NCBI GenBank assembly: GCA_017549105.1
Contig: JAFYVN010000010.1
Span: forward strand, 17,261 to 81,260
Reading direction: 5' to 3'
DNA: 64,000 nt
Source of the DNA: Clostridia bacterium
GTDB taxonomy: Bacteria; Bacillota; Clostridia; Oscillospirales; Acutalibacteraceae
Position 1 is the stretch's first letter, and every line of letters starts with the position of its first letter. A model generated the notes under the pieces. The model searched no databases. It was not told the origin of the DNA and saw only the letters and a list, made by a program, of their open reading frames with translations. Positions 31,661 through 41,428 of the stretch are shown here, in pieces. A program made the translations under genes and the position numbers.

Positions 31661-32185
31661 ATGAAAAATAACGCTGCATATAAAGTCGCACTTCCTGCGA
31701 TACTCTGCGCATTGGCGTTATCGCTCGGCTTTCTTGAAAGTCTTATACCGCCTATGCCGTTTTTCCCTCCGGGAGCAAAACCCGGATTTTCAAACATAAT
31801 AACCATGTTTGCCGCAGGCAGTCTGGGATTGCCGACTGCTTTCGCAATTGCGCTTGTCAAAGGTATTTTTGCTTTCGCAACAAGAGGAGTGACTGCGGGA
31901 ATAATGAGCCTTTCGGGCGGTCTGCTTTCGGCATTGGCTATGTATCTGCTGATGCGGTACGCAACGAAGAGTCTCGGAATGGTAGGAATATCTGCTGTTT
32001 GCGCAGTTGTTCACAATATGGGGCAACTTGCGGCGGCTGTATTTATAACCGGTACGGCAGATGTTATATATTATGCGCCTGCACTTGCTGTTTTCGGTGT
32101 TATTACCGGAGCGCTGACGGGCATCATTTTAGGGTCGGTTATGCCGGCACTGCAGAAATTGAAATTTACACATTACGATAAATAG
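31661..32185 (+). CDS. Gx transporter family (heptaprenyl diphosphate synthase component I-like) membrane protein
   Basis: ESLIPP..PGAKPGFSNI and HNMGQL motifs; usual partner of the NusG-II gene. Confidence 0.82.
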   Translation: MKNNAAYKVALPAILCALALSLGFLESLIPPMPFFPPGAKPGFSNIITMFAAGSLGLPTAFAIALVKGIFAFATRGVTAGIMSLSGGLLSALAMYLLMRYATKSLGMVGISAVCAVVHNMGQLAAAVFITGTADVIYYAPALAVFGVITGALTGIILGSVMPALQKLKFTHYDK

Positions 32186-32196
32186 GAGGAGATATT

Positions 32197-33546
32197 ATGG
32201 TTAAAGCCGGAATTGACGGCGTACTCAAGGCTGTTAAAAAGGTCAGAGGCGGCGTTAAGGTTGACCATCACAAAAATACTGCCGAGATGGAAGTTGTGAG
32301 AATTCCGACTCCGTCAAAGGTTGTTATACCTATGCAGCAGCATATCGGTGCACCTTGTGAGCCGGTTGTCAAAGTGGGCGACGAGGTGGCTGTCGGTCAG
32401 CTTATAGGTGATACAGATAAGTTTGTCAGCGCACCTATTCATGCATCTGTTTCGGGCAAGGTTGTTGCAGTGGGTGACGTAAAACTCCCCAACGGCGTTA
32501 TGTCGAAGGCTGTTACAATTGAATCTGACGGTGAAATGAGACTTTGGGAAGGTATTGAGCCGCCTCACGTTGAAACAAAAGAAGATCTGATCAAAGCGGT
32601 CAGAGCATCGGGTCTTGTTGGCTTGGGCGGTGCAGGTTTCCCGACTCACATCAAGCTCAACTTCCCTGCAGATAAAAACATCGACACACTCGTTATCAAT
32701 GCCGCAGAGTGTGAGCCTTACATAACAGTTGACTACCGTGAATGCATGGAGAATTCGTGGGACATTCTTTCGAGCGTCTATCTGCTGAAGGACTTGCTCG
32801 GCTTCAAGAAGGTTGTTATTGCTGTTGAAGACAACAAGCCCGAAGCATTCAAGGTTCTCAAAAATATCGCAGACCATAAGGAAGATGTTGACGATGAGGT
32901 CAAACTTATGGTTCTTGAATCGAAATATCCCCAGGGCGCTGAAAAGATGATGGTTCAGTCCGCAACGGGCAGAAGAGTTCCACCCGGAAAGCTTCCTGCA
33001 GACGTCGGATGCGTTGTTATGAACGTTGCTTCGGTTGCGTTTATCGCACGTTACCTCAAAACAGGCAAGCCTCTTGTCAGCCGTTCGATGACAATTGACG
33101 GCTCAGCAATTGCCGAGCCCAAAAACGTAAGAGTTCCCGTCGGTACAAATATCGGAGAAATCATTGATTTCTGCGGAGGGTTCAAGACAGAACCCGCAAA
33201 AATCATCACGGGTGGCCCGATGATGGGTCTTGCAATAGTCGGAACAGACCTTCCCGTTCTTAAGCAGAACAATGCAATCCTTGCATTTTCAAAGGATGAT
33301 GCTGTTCTCAAGGCTGAAACCGACTGCATAAGATGCGGCAGATGCGCAATTGCCTGCCCGATGAGTCTTATGCCCACAAACATTGTAAAAGCCGCAAAGG
33401 CAAAAGATCCCGATGCTCTTAAGCAGCTCGGTATTATGGTTTGTATGGAATGCGGAAGCTGTGCATTTGCATGCCCCGCAGGCAAACCCCTTGTTCAGCA
33501 TATGCGCCTTGCAAAGGCAATTCTCAGAGAGGAGGGCAACAAATAA
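32197..33546 (+). CDS. rnfC: Rnf complex subunit C
   Basis: QHIGAP, GLGGAGFPT, NAAECEPY, YPQGAEK and two CxxCxxCxxxCP clusters. Confidence 0.95.
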   Translation: MVKAGIDGVLKAVKKVRGGVKVDHHKNTAEMEVVRIPTPSKVVIPMQQHIGAPCEPVVKVGDEVAVGQLIGDTDKFVSAPIHASVSGKVVAVGDVKLPNGVMSKAVTIESDGEMRLWEGIEPPHVETKEDLIKAVRASGLVGLGGAGFPTHIKLNFPADKNIDTLVINAAECEPYITVDYRECMENSWDILSSVYLLKDLLGFKKVVIAVEDNKPEAFKVLKNIADHKEDVDDEVKLMVLESKYPQGAEKMMVQSATGRRVPPGKLPADVGCVVMNVASVAFIARYLKTGKPLVSRSMTIDGSAIAEPKNVRVPVGTNIGEIIDFCGGFKTEPAKIITGGPMMGLAIVGTDLPVLKQNNAILAFSKDDAVLKAETDCIRCGRCAIACPMSLMPTNIVKAAKAKDPDALKQLGIMVCMECGSCAFACPAGKPLVQHMRLAKAILREEGNK

Positions 33547-34526
33547 TGGTTGACGGTAAAAAGCTTTTAGTCAGTGCGTCGCCTCATCTTCGCACCAAAG
33601 ACACAACAAGAGGAATAATGCTTGATGTTGTTATTGCTCTTATTCCCACACTCGTTGCGGCTGTTATTCTTTTCGGACCGAGAGTTCTTGCCGTTACGGC
33701 AACAACGGTCATCACAGCTGTTCTTTCGGAATTCCTCGCAAGAAAAGTGATGAAAAGACACAACACAATCGGCGACCTGAGCGCTGTTGTTACCGGTCTT
33801 ATCCTTGCATTCAACCTTCCCGTGAGCATTCCTCTGTGGATGGCGGCAATCGGCAGCTTCTTTGCTATCGTTGTTGTTAAGCAGATGTTCGGCGGTATCG
33901 GTCAGAACTTTGCTAACCCCGCAATCGTTGCCCGAATCGTGCTTCTTCTTTCGTTCGGTCAGGCAATGGGCAACTGGACAGCTCCTCTTTCGTGGAAAAC
34001 AGATGCGGTTTCAACAGCAACTCCGCTTGCAATCCTCGGAGGCGAAACAGCAGAGGCGCTTCCTTCACTTTATCATATGTTCCTCGGAATCAGAGGCGGC
34101 TGCCTTGGTGAAACCTGCTCTGTAACACTTATTATCGGCGGACTTTACCTTCTTGCAAGAAGAGTTATTTCTTATAAAATTCCTGTTGCATTCATCGGTA
34201 CGGTTGCCGTTGTTATGCTTATTGCAGGCAAGGGCGATCTTGAGTTTGTTGCATATCATCTTATGAGTGGCGGTGTGCTTCTCGGTGCGTTCTTTATGGC
34301 TACCGACTATTCAACAAGCCCCATAAAGTCCAATGCAAAAATCGTTTTCGGTATCGGCTGCGGTCTTCTTACCTGTCTTATCAGACTTTTCGCATCGCTC
34401 CCTGAAGGCGTATCATTCGCAATTCTTATTATGAACCTTCTTGTTCCTCATATCGAAACAATTATGGCTCCCAAGCCTTTCGGTACTGTTAAAGAAAAAA
34501 AGGCAAAGGAGGGTGAGGCAAAATGA
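33546..34526 (+). CDS. rnfD: Rnf complex subunit D
   Basis: SPHLR, FGGIGQNFANPA, STATPL (FMN site) and FMATDY motifs. ATG 33546 overlaps the rnfC stop. Confidence 0.95.
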   Translation: MVDGKKLLVSASPHLRTKDTTRGIMLDVVIALIPTLVAAVILFGPRVLAVTATTVITAVLSEFLARKVMKRHNTIGDLSAVVTGLILAFNLPVSIPLWMAAIGSFFAIVVVKQMFGGIGQNFANPAIVARIVLLLSFGQAMGNWTAPLSWKTDAVSTATPLAILGGETAEALPSLYHMFLGIRGGCLGETCSVTLIIGGLYLLARRVISYKIPVAFIGTVAVVMLIAGKGDLEFVAYHLMSGGVLLGAFFMATDYSTSPIKSNAKIVFGIGCGLLTCLIRLFASLPEGVSFAILIMNLLVPHIETIMAPKPFGTVKEKKAKEGEAK

Positions 34527-35077
34527 AAATGCTGAAAGAATTTCTTGTTCCAACGCTCACACTCTTTGTTATCTGTCTTGTTGCAACCGCTCTTCTCGGA
34601 CTGACAAACAATGTTACTGCTCCGATTATCGAGCAACTTGCAATTGAAACCGAAATCAAGTCAAGACAGGTTGTTTTTGTTGATGCAAAGTCATTCGGCG
34701 AAGCTGAAATTCTTGCCGACGGCACAAGCGTTGTTGCAGCTCTCGACGAAGCGGGCAACGTTATCGGTCACGTTGTTGTCAACACAACCAAGGGCTATGG
34801 CGGGGATATTGCCGTTATGACCGGTGTTGACAGCGAAGGCAAGGTTACGGGTGTTAACATCCTTTCTCACGCAGAAACTGCGGGTCTCGGCGCAAAAGCG
34901 GCTGAGCAGGATTTCCGCGACAGATTTATCGGTCTTATCGGCGGAATCACCGTTTCAAAAGATAAAGCCGGTGAAAATTCAATCGACGCCATCACGGGCG
35001 CAACAATAACATCAAGAGCGGTGACCGAGGCGGTCAATGCCGCAATCGAAGCAGCAGGAGGTGTAAACAATGGCTGA
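34523..35077 (+). CDS. rnfG: Rnf complex subunit G
   Basis: GYGG, ETAGLG and DAITGATITS (flavinylation motif). Confidence 0.95.
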   Translation: MKMLKEFLVPTLTLFVICLVATALLGLTNNVTAPIIEQLAIETEIKSRQVVFVDAKSFGEAEILADGTSVVAALDEAGNVIGHVVVNTTKGYGGDIAVMTGVDSEGKVTGVNILSHAETAGLGAKAAEQDFRDRFIGLIGGITVSKDKAGENSIDAITGATITSRAVTEAVNAAIEAAGGVNNG

Positions 35078-35846
35078 GAAAAAATCACTCGGTAAAGAAT
35101 TTACCAAAGGTCTTATAGCCGAAAACCCCGTTTTCAGACTTGTTCTCGGCACTTGTCCCACCCTTGCAACATCAACAAGCGTTGTCAATGCACTTGGTAT
35201 GGGTATATCAGCAATGATTGTTCTTGTTTGCTCAAACATTGTAATTTCTCTTCTGAGAAAAGTTATCCCTTCGAAGGTGCGCATTCCCGCTTATATCGTT
35301 GTTATCGCATCTTTCGTTACAATAGTTCAGATGATAGTCAAGGCTTTTGTTCCCGCACTCGATGCCGCCCTCGGTGTTTTCTTGCCGTTGATTGTTGTTA
35401 ACTGCATCATCCTCGGCAGAGCAGAAGCTTTTGCGGGCAAGAATTCAGTTATCGCATCGGCTGTTGACGGTCTCGGTATGGGTGTTGGCTTTACAATTGC
35501 ACTTTGCTGTATGGCTTCTGTCAGAGAAATTCTCGGTGCAGGTACATTCCTTGCAGGTGCACAGAATCTTCTTGTGCTCTTCGGCGACAACGTGCTTAAC
35601 GGATTCAACGGATTTACTCTTCCCTGGACGGAAGTTTTCAATCCCATGACCGTATTTATCCTTGCACCCGGCGGTTTCCTTACCTTCGGTCTGCTTATGG
35701 CTTGCGCAAACAAGCTTGCAGAGAGCAAGGGCAAACCCAGAGCAGAGCTTGGCGGATGTCAGGCTTGCCCCATGGCTAAAAACTGCGCACTCCTTGCAGA
35801 CGGCAAGGGCTGCAGCGAAGAAAAGAAGGAGGGTGAACAGGTATGA
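35070..35846 (+). CDS. rnfE: Rnf complex subunit E
   Basis: ENPVFRLVLGTCPTLA and PLIVVNCIILGRAEAFA motifs. Confidence 0.95.
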   Translation: MAEKKSLGKEFTKGLIAENPVFRLVLGTCPTLATSTSVVNALGMGISAMIVLVCSNIVISLLRKVIPSKVRIPAYIVVIASFVTIVQMIVKAFVPALDAALGVFLPLIVVNCIILGRAEAFAGKNSVIASAVDGLGMGVGFTIALCCMASVREILGAGTFLAGAQNLLVLFGDNVLNGFNGFTLPWTEVFNPMTVFILAPGGFLTFGLLMACANKLAESKGKPRAELGGCQACPMAKNCALLADGKGCSEEKKEGEQV

Positions 35847-36448
35847 CAGCAACAATCGTAAAATCGTTCCTCGCAATTATCCTCACTTCGGTTCTTACAG
35901 AAAACTTTGTTCTCTGTAAGTTCCTCGGAATCTGCCCCTTCCTCGGTGTTTCAAAGAAGCTGAATACAGCGGTCGGTATGTCTGCGGCTGTTATCTTTGT
36001 TATGGCGCTTGCAACTGCAGTTACATACCCCATCAACAAATATCTTCTTCTTGCAAACGACCTTGAATATCTTCAGACAATCGTTTTCATTCTTGTTATT
36101 GCGGCTCTCGTTCAGCTCGTTGAGCTTATTCTCAAGAAGTTTATGCCTCCTCTTTATAATGCACTCGGCATTTATCTTCCTCTTATCACAACAAACTGCG
36201 CTGTTCTCGGTGTTGTTCTTCTCAACCAGACAAAGGGCTACAACTTCGCTGAATCAATGGTAAACAGCGTTGGTGCGGGTCTCGGATTTATGGTTGCAAT
36301 GGTTATTTTCTCAGGTGTACGCAGCAGACTTGAAGGTGCGGATATTCCCAAATTCCTTCAGGGACTCCCCATTGTTCTTATTGCTGCAGCAATCGTTTCA
36401 CTTTCGTTTATGGGCTTTACGGGTCTTGTTGACGGAATATTTGCATAA
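35843..36448 (+). CDS. rnfA: Rnf complex subunit A
   Basis: FLGICPFLGVS and LGIYLPLITTNCAVLG motifs. Confidence 0.95.
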   Translation: MTATIVKSFLAIILTSVLTENFVLCKFLGICPFLGVSKKLNTAVGMSAAVIFVMALATAVTYPINKYLLLANDLEYLQTIVFILVIAALVQLVELILKKFMPPLYNALGIYLPLITTNCAVLGVVLLNQTKGYNFAESMVNSVGAGLGFMVAMVIFSGVRSRLEGADIPKFLQGLPIVLIAAAIVSLSFMGFTGLVDGIFA

Positions 36449-36463
36449 GGAGGTAACGGAATA

Positions 36464-37276
36464 ATGAACTCTATTGTTATTGCAGTTATAATTGTTGCCG
36501 CTATCGGTCTTATTGCAGGTCTCGGTCTTTCAATCGCATCAAAGGTTTTTGCGGTGCCCGTTGACGAAAAAGCCGAAGCAATCAGAGAATGCCTTCCCGG
36601 TGCAAACTGCGGCGCTTGCGGTTTTTCGGGTTGTGACGGCTATGCTGCCGCACTTTCAAAAGGTGAAACAACAGACACGGCACTCTGTGCACCCGGTGGA
36701 AACGATACCGCAAAGGCTATCGGCGAAATTACGGGACTTGCCGCAGGTGAGGTCAAACCTATGGCAGCAGTTGTGCTTTGCCAGGGTCACAATGTCAATG
36801 CAGAAGTAAAACTCGAATATCAGGGCGTTAAAAGCTGCCGTATGGCATCCCAGATTTTCGGCGGTCCCAAGGAATGCATCTACGGCTGCATCGGCTACGG
36901 CGACTGCGTGGATGCCTGTCAGTATGATGCAATCAGCATTTGCGACGGTATTGCAAGAATCAATCCTTATATGTGTAAGGCTTGTAAGATGTGTGTCAAG
37001 ACCTGCCCCAAGGGTCTTATTGAAATGATGCCCCTTGAAGAATCAAAAGCGGCTGTGCTTTGCAAGAATCACGACAAGGGTGCAATTACACGCAAGGAAT
37101 GTAAAGTTGGTTGTATCGGCTGTATGAAGTGTGTCAAAGCTTGTGAAGCAGGCGCAATCTCAATCGATAAATTCTGCGCAAAGGTTGACTACGAAAAGTG
37201 CACGGGCTGCGGCAAATGCCACGCAGAATGCCCCGTCGGCGCAATCGATGTTGTTACCCTTGGCGTAAGAGCATAA
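36464..37276 (+). CDS. rnfB: Rnf complex subunit B (polyferredoxin)
   Basis: LPGANCGACGFSGC plus several 4Fe-4S motifs. Confidence 0.95.
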   Translation: MNSIVIAVIIVAAIGLIAGLGLSIASKVFAVPVDEKAEAIRECLPGANCGACGFSGCDGYAAALSKGETTDTALCAPGGNDTAKAIGEITGLAAGEVKPMAAVVLCQGHNVNAEVKLEYQGVKSCRMASQIFGGPKECIYGCIGYGDCVDACQYDAISICDGIARINPYMCKACKMCVKTCPKGLIEMMPLEESKAAVLCKNHDKGAITRKECKVGCIGCMKCVKACEAGAISIDKFCAKVDYEKCTGCGKCHAECPVGAIDVVTLGVRA

Positions 37277-37285
37277 ATTAATTGT

Positions 37286-37317
37286 CATATCCCCGAAAAA
37301 CATATTTCGGGGATATG
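37286..37317 (+). terminator. Hairpin after the rnf operon
   Basis: CATATCCCCGAAA-loop-TTTCGGGGATATG; weak T-tract. Confidence 0.6.
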
Positions 37318-37522
37318 GATGATTTTTAACAGTATAATTTTTTTGCAGGTGTGTATGTTTTAGCTTACAAAACCTGCTTTTATATTACATGTTTCTGTTT
37401 ATTATCGCAGACTAAATGTAAACAAACTGTAAACAAAAGCCGAAAAATTGAATGTCGGCATAACAACTTGGGTCTTTATTAATGAAGGGGTTTCCCTGAA
37501 AAATAAAAAAGGAGATGTTCAA

Positions 37523-39361
37523 ATGAAAAAGACAGTAAAAAAAGGATTATCGCTTTTGCTTGCGCTCATTTTTGCGTTATCAATAGCGGCACCCGCATTT
37601 GCACATGATGAACAGATTTTGGTTTCAGACAGTGCATCGGCAGAAACGGTGTTGAATGGTGCGATTGAACCCCAGGCAGGGGAGTATCTGACCGTTTCAA
37701 ACATCACAATTGCCGCAGATTCAACTGACCCCACCGGCATTATCGAAGTGCGTATCAACAACACCGGTTCAGGAACATACGGAATCAACTGGGAATTCCG
37801 AACCGACAACGGCAGAGTTATTGACCCTCCTCAGATTTATGACAAGGGCGTAGGTTCCGGTTACAGATGGTTCAAATTAAAAGCCACCGCAGTCCAGGGC
37901 GGAACGGTTACCTTCCCGATTTATGCTTATTACAATACCTCAGATAATATTATTGCAACAACCAACTGCACAGTTACCGTTACTGTACCTACACTTACCG
38001 TTAGTCCTTCTGATATCGTAATTGACCTTAACAAATCAAATTCGGCAACGGTAAATGCGGTTATTTCTAACCATACAACAAACACTCTTGATATCGGATA
38101 TGCTGTAAGCAACAATAATATATCCGCATCATACGGGAATTATATAACGAACGGCACGGAAATTGTTGTTACCGGAAACACTCCCGGTACATACTATCTT
38201 TATACTTACATCAGAAATCCGTATTCGGGATACAATATCGTCAGCCAGTCTCACAGAGTTACCGTAAAGGCGGCACGTGCACTTTCATCAATTTCGGTTG
38301 ACACTTATCCTAATAAGACGACATATTATGTAGGTGAAAGTTTCAGCAGCAGCGGTATGGTTGTCCGTGCAAACTATAATGACGGTACATCGGAATACAT
38401 AACAAGCGGTTTCACCTGCTCGTCACCCGATATGTCAACAGCGGGCAGAAAGAATGTCAAAGTTACATACGGAGGCAAAACAACTTCTTTCTATATTACC
38501 GTTAATGCAAAGCCCGCCGCAACTCTTTCCTCAATCTCAATCAGAACAAATCCGAGTAAGATGACCTATAATGTTGGCGAAAGCTTCAACTCCTCGGGTC
38601 TTTCACTCAATGTGTATTACAGTGATGGCACAAGCAAGAGCGTTACAAGCGGATTCACTTGTTCAAAACCCGATATGTCAACAGCGGGTACAAAGAAAGT
38701 AACTGTTACTTACAAAGGCAAGACTGCATCTTTTAATATCACGGTTAAAGCAAAACCCGCTACGGTTACACTTTCGTCAATCTCGGTAAAAACATATCCG
38801 AGCAAAACAACATACAATGTTGGCGAAAGCTTCAGCTCCTCCGGTCTTACTCTTAATGCGAAGTACAGCGACGGTTCAACTAAAACAATCACAAGCGGAT
38901 TCACCTGCTCAAAACCCGATATGTCAACAGCGGGCATAAAGAGTGTAACAGTTACATATCAGGGAAAAACAACATCGTTCAACATTACTGTAAAGTCAAA
39001 TGTCGTTAAGGCAACATCGGTTGAAATCATTGTTGAAAAGGATTTTAACGGCACCAGTGTTGCGGAACTCGGCGCACAGGTCAACCCCTCAAACGCAAGC
39101 TACAAGAGCCTTGTGTGGTCGTCAGCAGATCCAAGAATTGCAACCGTTGATGCAGACGGCACGGTCACAACCGTCAGCTCGGGCATAACAATAGTTACCG
39201 TAACCGTAACCAATCACGACGGTTCAACCGTATCGGATACCATTGAGGTTGAAGTTGTGGACAACAGCAGTTCAGGCGGCGGAATTTTCGATTTTATCAT
39301 TGCAATATTTGAACTTCTGTTCCTTCCGTTTACACTTCTGTTTAGTATTCTGTTTGGTTGA
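37523..39361 (+). CDS. Secreted surface protein with three bacterial Ig-like (Big_3-type) repeats and a Big_2-type domain
   Basis: Signal peptide; 3x LSSIS...PxKxTYxVGESF...PDMSTAGxKxVxVTYxGKT; WSSADPRIATVDADG; hydrophobic C-terminus. Confidence 0.85.
   Translation: MKKTVKKGLSLLLALIFALSIAAPAFAHDEQILVSDSASAETVLNGAIEPQAGEYLTVSNITIAADSTDPTGIIEVRINNTGSGTYGINWEFRTDNGRVIDPPQIYDKGVGSGYRWFKLKATAVQGGTVTFPIYAYYNTSDNIIATTNCTVTVTVPTLTVSPSDIVIDLNKSNSATVNAVISNHTTNTLDIGYAVSNNNISASYGNYITNGTEIVVTGNTPGTYYLYTYIRNPYSGYNIVSQSHRVTVKAARALSSISVDTYPNKTTYYVGESFSSSGMVVRANYNDGTSEYITSGFTCSSPDMSTAGRKNVKVTYGGKTTSFYITVNAKPAATLSSISIRTNPSKMTYNVGESFNSSGLSLNVYYSDGTSKSVTSGFTCSKPDMSTAGTKKVTVTYKGKTASFNITVKAKPATVTLSSISVKTYPSKTTYNVGESFSSSGLTLNAKYSDGSTKTITSGFTCSKPDMSTAGIKSVTVTYQGKTTSFNITVKSNVVKATSVEIIVEKDFNGTSVAELGAQVNPSNASYKSLVWSSADPRIATVDADGTVTTVSSGITIVTVTVTNHDGSTVSDTIEVEVVDNSSSGGGIFDFIIAIFELLFLPFTLLFSILFG
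38281..38995 (+). repeat. Three intragenic Ig-domain repeats of about 240 bp
   Basis: ACCCGATATGTCAACAGCGGG recurs near 38426, 38668 and 38914. Confidence 0.85.
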
Positions 39362-39386
39362 TTATAGTTGATATGTTCAGCTGAAA

Positions 39387-39498
39387 GCCTTCTCCTTGAG
39401 GAGAAGGTGTCACGAAGTGACGGATGAGGTGGTACGGATAATTATTTCGCAATCACCTCATCACCGTCTATGACGGAGCTTCCCCTCAAGGGGAAGCC
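39387..39498. repeat. Composite palindromic REP/MITE-like element
   Basis: Two inverted units: CCTTCTCCTTGAGGAGAAGG-TGTCACGAAGTGACGGATGAGGTG and CACCTCATCACCGTC..GACGGAGCTTCCCCTCAAGGGGAAGCC. Confidence 0.75.
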
Positions 39499-39540
39499 CA
39501 AGAAAAAACATTGAGTATTAAAAGTAAGGGGCATATATAA

Positions 39541-41208
39541 ATGAAAAAATATTTCAGATCTATATTGGCGGCTGTTCTTGCTGTCATTATGATTTTCGGT
39601 GCTGTTCCGTTTGTGGGAAATGCAATGACAGCAATGAAATATTCAAATGACGGATATAATAAATACTCCACAAATGCGATTTATCATTCCGATATCAAGT
39701 CGATGGGCGGAGTGGAACTTCCTCCCATATCCCAATGTAAATTTCAGGATATCAAAGTGATGAGCTACAATATTTATGTAGAAAACAAAAAAGTGAACGG
39801 ATATGATTGCACCTATAAAAAGAGAATGAAATACATTGCTCAGACAATCAACGATGTTATGCCTGATTCATTTGGTTTGCAAGAAGCTACAAGCAAAATG
39901 AGAAATTTGCTTGAAACCACCGAGGATCTTAACGGAAAACTTGTAGGTGACAATTATTCGGGCGTAGGTGACTACCGAGGCTCAAAAGACTATAAGGGTA
40001 AAACAATAAATAGCGAATCTTCACCTGTATATTATAACAAAAACAAGTTCACTCTTGAAAAATCCGGTACATTCTGGCTTTCGGAATCAGGTGAGAAAAA
40101 TTCAATACATTCAAAAGCAAAGTACCCCAGAGTCTGTACTTATGCATTGCTGAAAAACAAGGAAACCGGACTTGAATATCTTCACGTTAATACTCATATG
40201 GAGCATGACCTTACCAAAGACAAAGAAATCAAATCAAATGAAGCTGCAATCTTTTCAAGTGAAAAGATAATTGATTTTATAAACAAGAATTTTCCCGATG
40301 TTCCGGTTGTTGTTACAGGTGATTTTAACCAGAAGAAAGGTTCTGAGCCTTACAATGTCTTTATTAATGAAGGTTATACCGATACAAGAGATATTTACAA
40401 GGGTAGCCTTAACACTTACACCAATTGTTTTAATCAATCAGGTGACGATGGAAAACTGTATGAAGCAAAAGTAATTGATCATATTTTGGTTAATGACAGT
40501 TTTTGGGGAGGAATAAACAGTTATAAGGTATATAATGAGGATTATTCTTTCTTTGATAAATACGGATATGTTGCCCTTGATTATCCTTATCCCTCAGACC
40601 ATCATCCGGTTGTTGTTGAACTTACGGCAACCTATGTCAAATCCTCATCAAAGGACGGATATTATTCTGTAATGTGCGATGATTATAATTCGAGCCTTTC
40701 ATATGACAACGGTGTGTTTACAGCAAAAATGACTGACCCGAATTTGAAGGAAAGATATACGGTTAATATGCCGAGTACACCCGAATCCAGGTGTGAGTAT
40801 TCATGGGAAATAAGTTTCACTGATGGTGAGAATTTATATAATGTAACTACGATTTATTTTGCCGGAGGAATGTTTGGATATCCGCAAAACTATTCGGCAT
40901 CGTTATATGAAATGCAAAATTCAGTTTTTGTCTGGGATAAAGAACCTGATGAAAACGGAGTAAGGCACGGTCATTTTATAGCTGATGCATCTCTGACTGT
41001 TGACGAAAAGACACTTACGTGGACATTTACACTTCCTGATGAATATGATTTTGATGCAGAAAATATGAGTATAACGAATGCAACGATATATGATATTAAC
41101 AGTGATGATGAGGGCAAGGACTTTGCTGAGGTGATAAAGGATATATTTGAAACAATAGTTGAATTTATATTAACACCCATCAAATTCCTTATCGGACTTT
41201 TTACTTAA
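39541..41208 (+). CDS. Secreted endonuclease/exonuclease/phosphatase (EEP) family protein with extra C-terminal domain
   Basis: Signal peptide; VMSYNI, GLQE, GTFWLSE, NTHM, TGDFN, IDHI and SDHHPV motifs. Confidence 0.88.
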   Translation: MKKYFRSILAAVLAVIMIFGAVPFVGNAMTAMKYSNDGYNKYSTNAIYHSDIKSMGGVELPPISQCKFQDIKVMSYNIYVENKKVNGYDCTYKKRMKYIAQTINDVMPDSFGLQEATSKMRNLLETTEDLNGKLVGDNYSGVGDYRGSKDYKGKTINSESSPVYYNKNKFTLEKSGTFWLSESGEKNSIHSKAKYPRVCTYALLKNKETGLEYLHVNTHMEHDLTKDKEIKSNEAAIFSSEKIIDFINKNFPDVPVVVTGDFNQKKGSEPYNVFINEGYTDTRDIYKGSLNTYTNCFNQSGDDGKLYEAKVIDHILVNDSFWGGINSYKVYNEDYSFFDKYGYVALDYPYPSDHHPVVVELTATYVKSSSKDGYYSVMCDDYNSSLSYDNGVFTAKMTDPNLKERYTVNMPSTPESRCEYSWEISFTDGENLYNVTTIYFAGGMFGYPQNYSASLYEMQNSVFVWDKEPDENGVRHGHFIADASLTVDEKTLTWTFTLPDEYDFDAENMSITNATIYDINSDDEGKDFAEVIKDIFETIVEFILTPIKFLIGLFT

Positions 41209-41231
41209 CTGACCCGTTCCTTTCATAACAA

Positions 41232-41264
41232 CACCCCGGCGGTACATTGCGTACTGCCGGGGTG
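41232..41264 (+). terminator. Intrinsic terminator
   Basis: CACCCCGGCGGTAC-attgc-GTACTGCCGGGGTG followed by AATTTTT. Confidence 0.75.
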
Positions 41265-41305
41265 AATTTTTGGAATGATGTTGAGTTGTGACAGCTTTGA
41301 TTAAA

Positions 41306-41421
41306 TCAATCCTCAGTCCTACGGACAGCTCCTTTTCTAAGGAGCCCGAACACCAGCTTTCTGTTTCTTGGCCTCCTTGTAGAAAGATGTGGCACGGCAT
41401 TCAGCCGTGACGGAGAATTGA
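41306..41421. repeat. Degenerate second REP/MITE-like element
   Basis: CCTCAGTC..GACAGCTCCTTTTCTAAGGAGCC and GGCCTCCTTGTAGAAAGATGTGGCACGGC..GCCGTGACGGAG have the same architecture as the units at 39387-39498. Confidence 0.6.
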
Positions 41422-41428
41422 TGAAAAC

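Noticed and set aside
33441-33545. Longer N-terminus for RnfD given by the ORF track
   Set aside because: It overlaps rnfC; the ATG at 33546 has a GGAGG RBS and gives the usual N-terminus.
30300-37276. ApbE, NusG-II, Gx transporter and rnfCDGEAB as a novel system
   Set aside because: This flavinylation-plus-Rnf arrangement is already well known in anaerobic Firmicutes.
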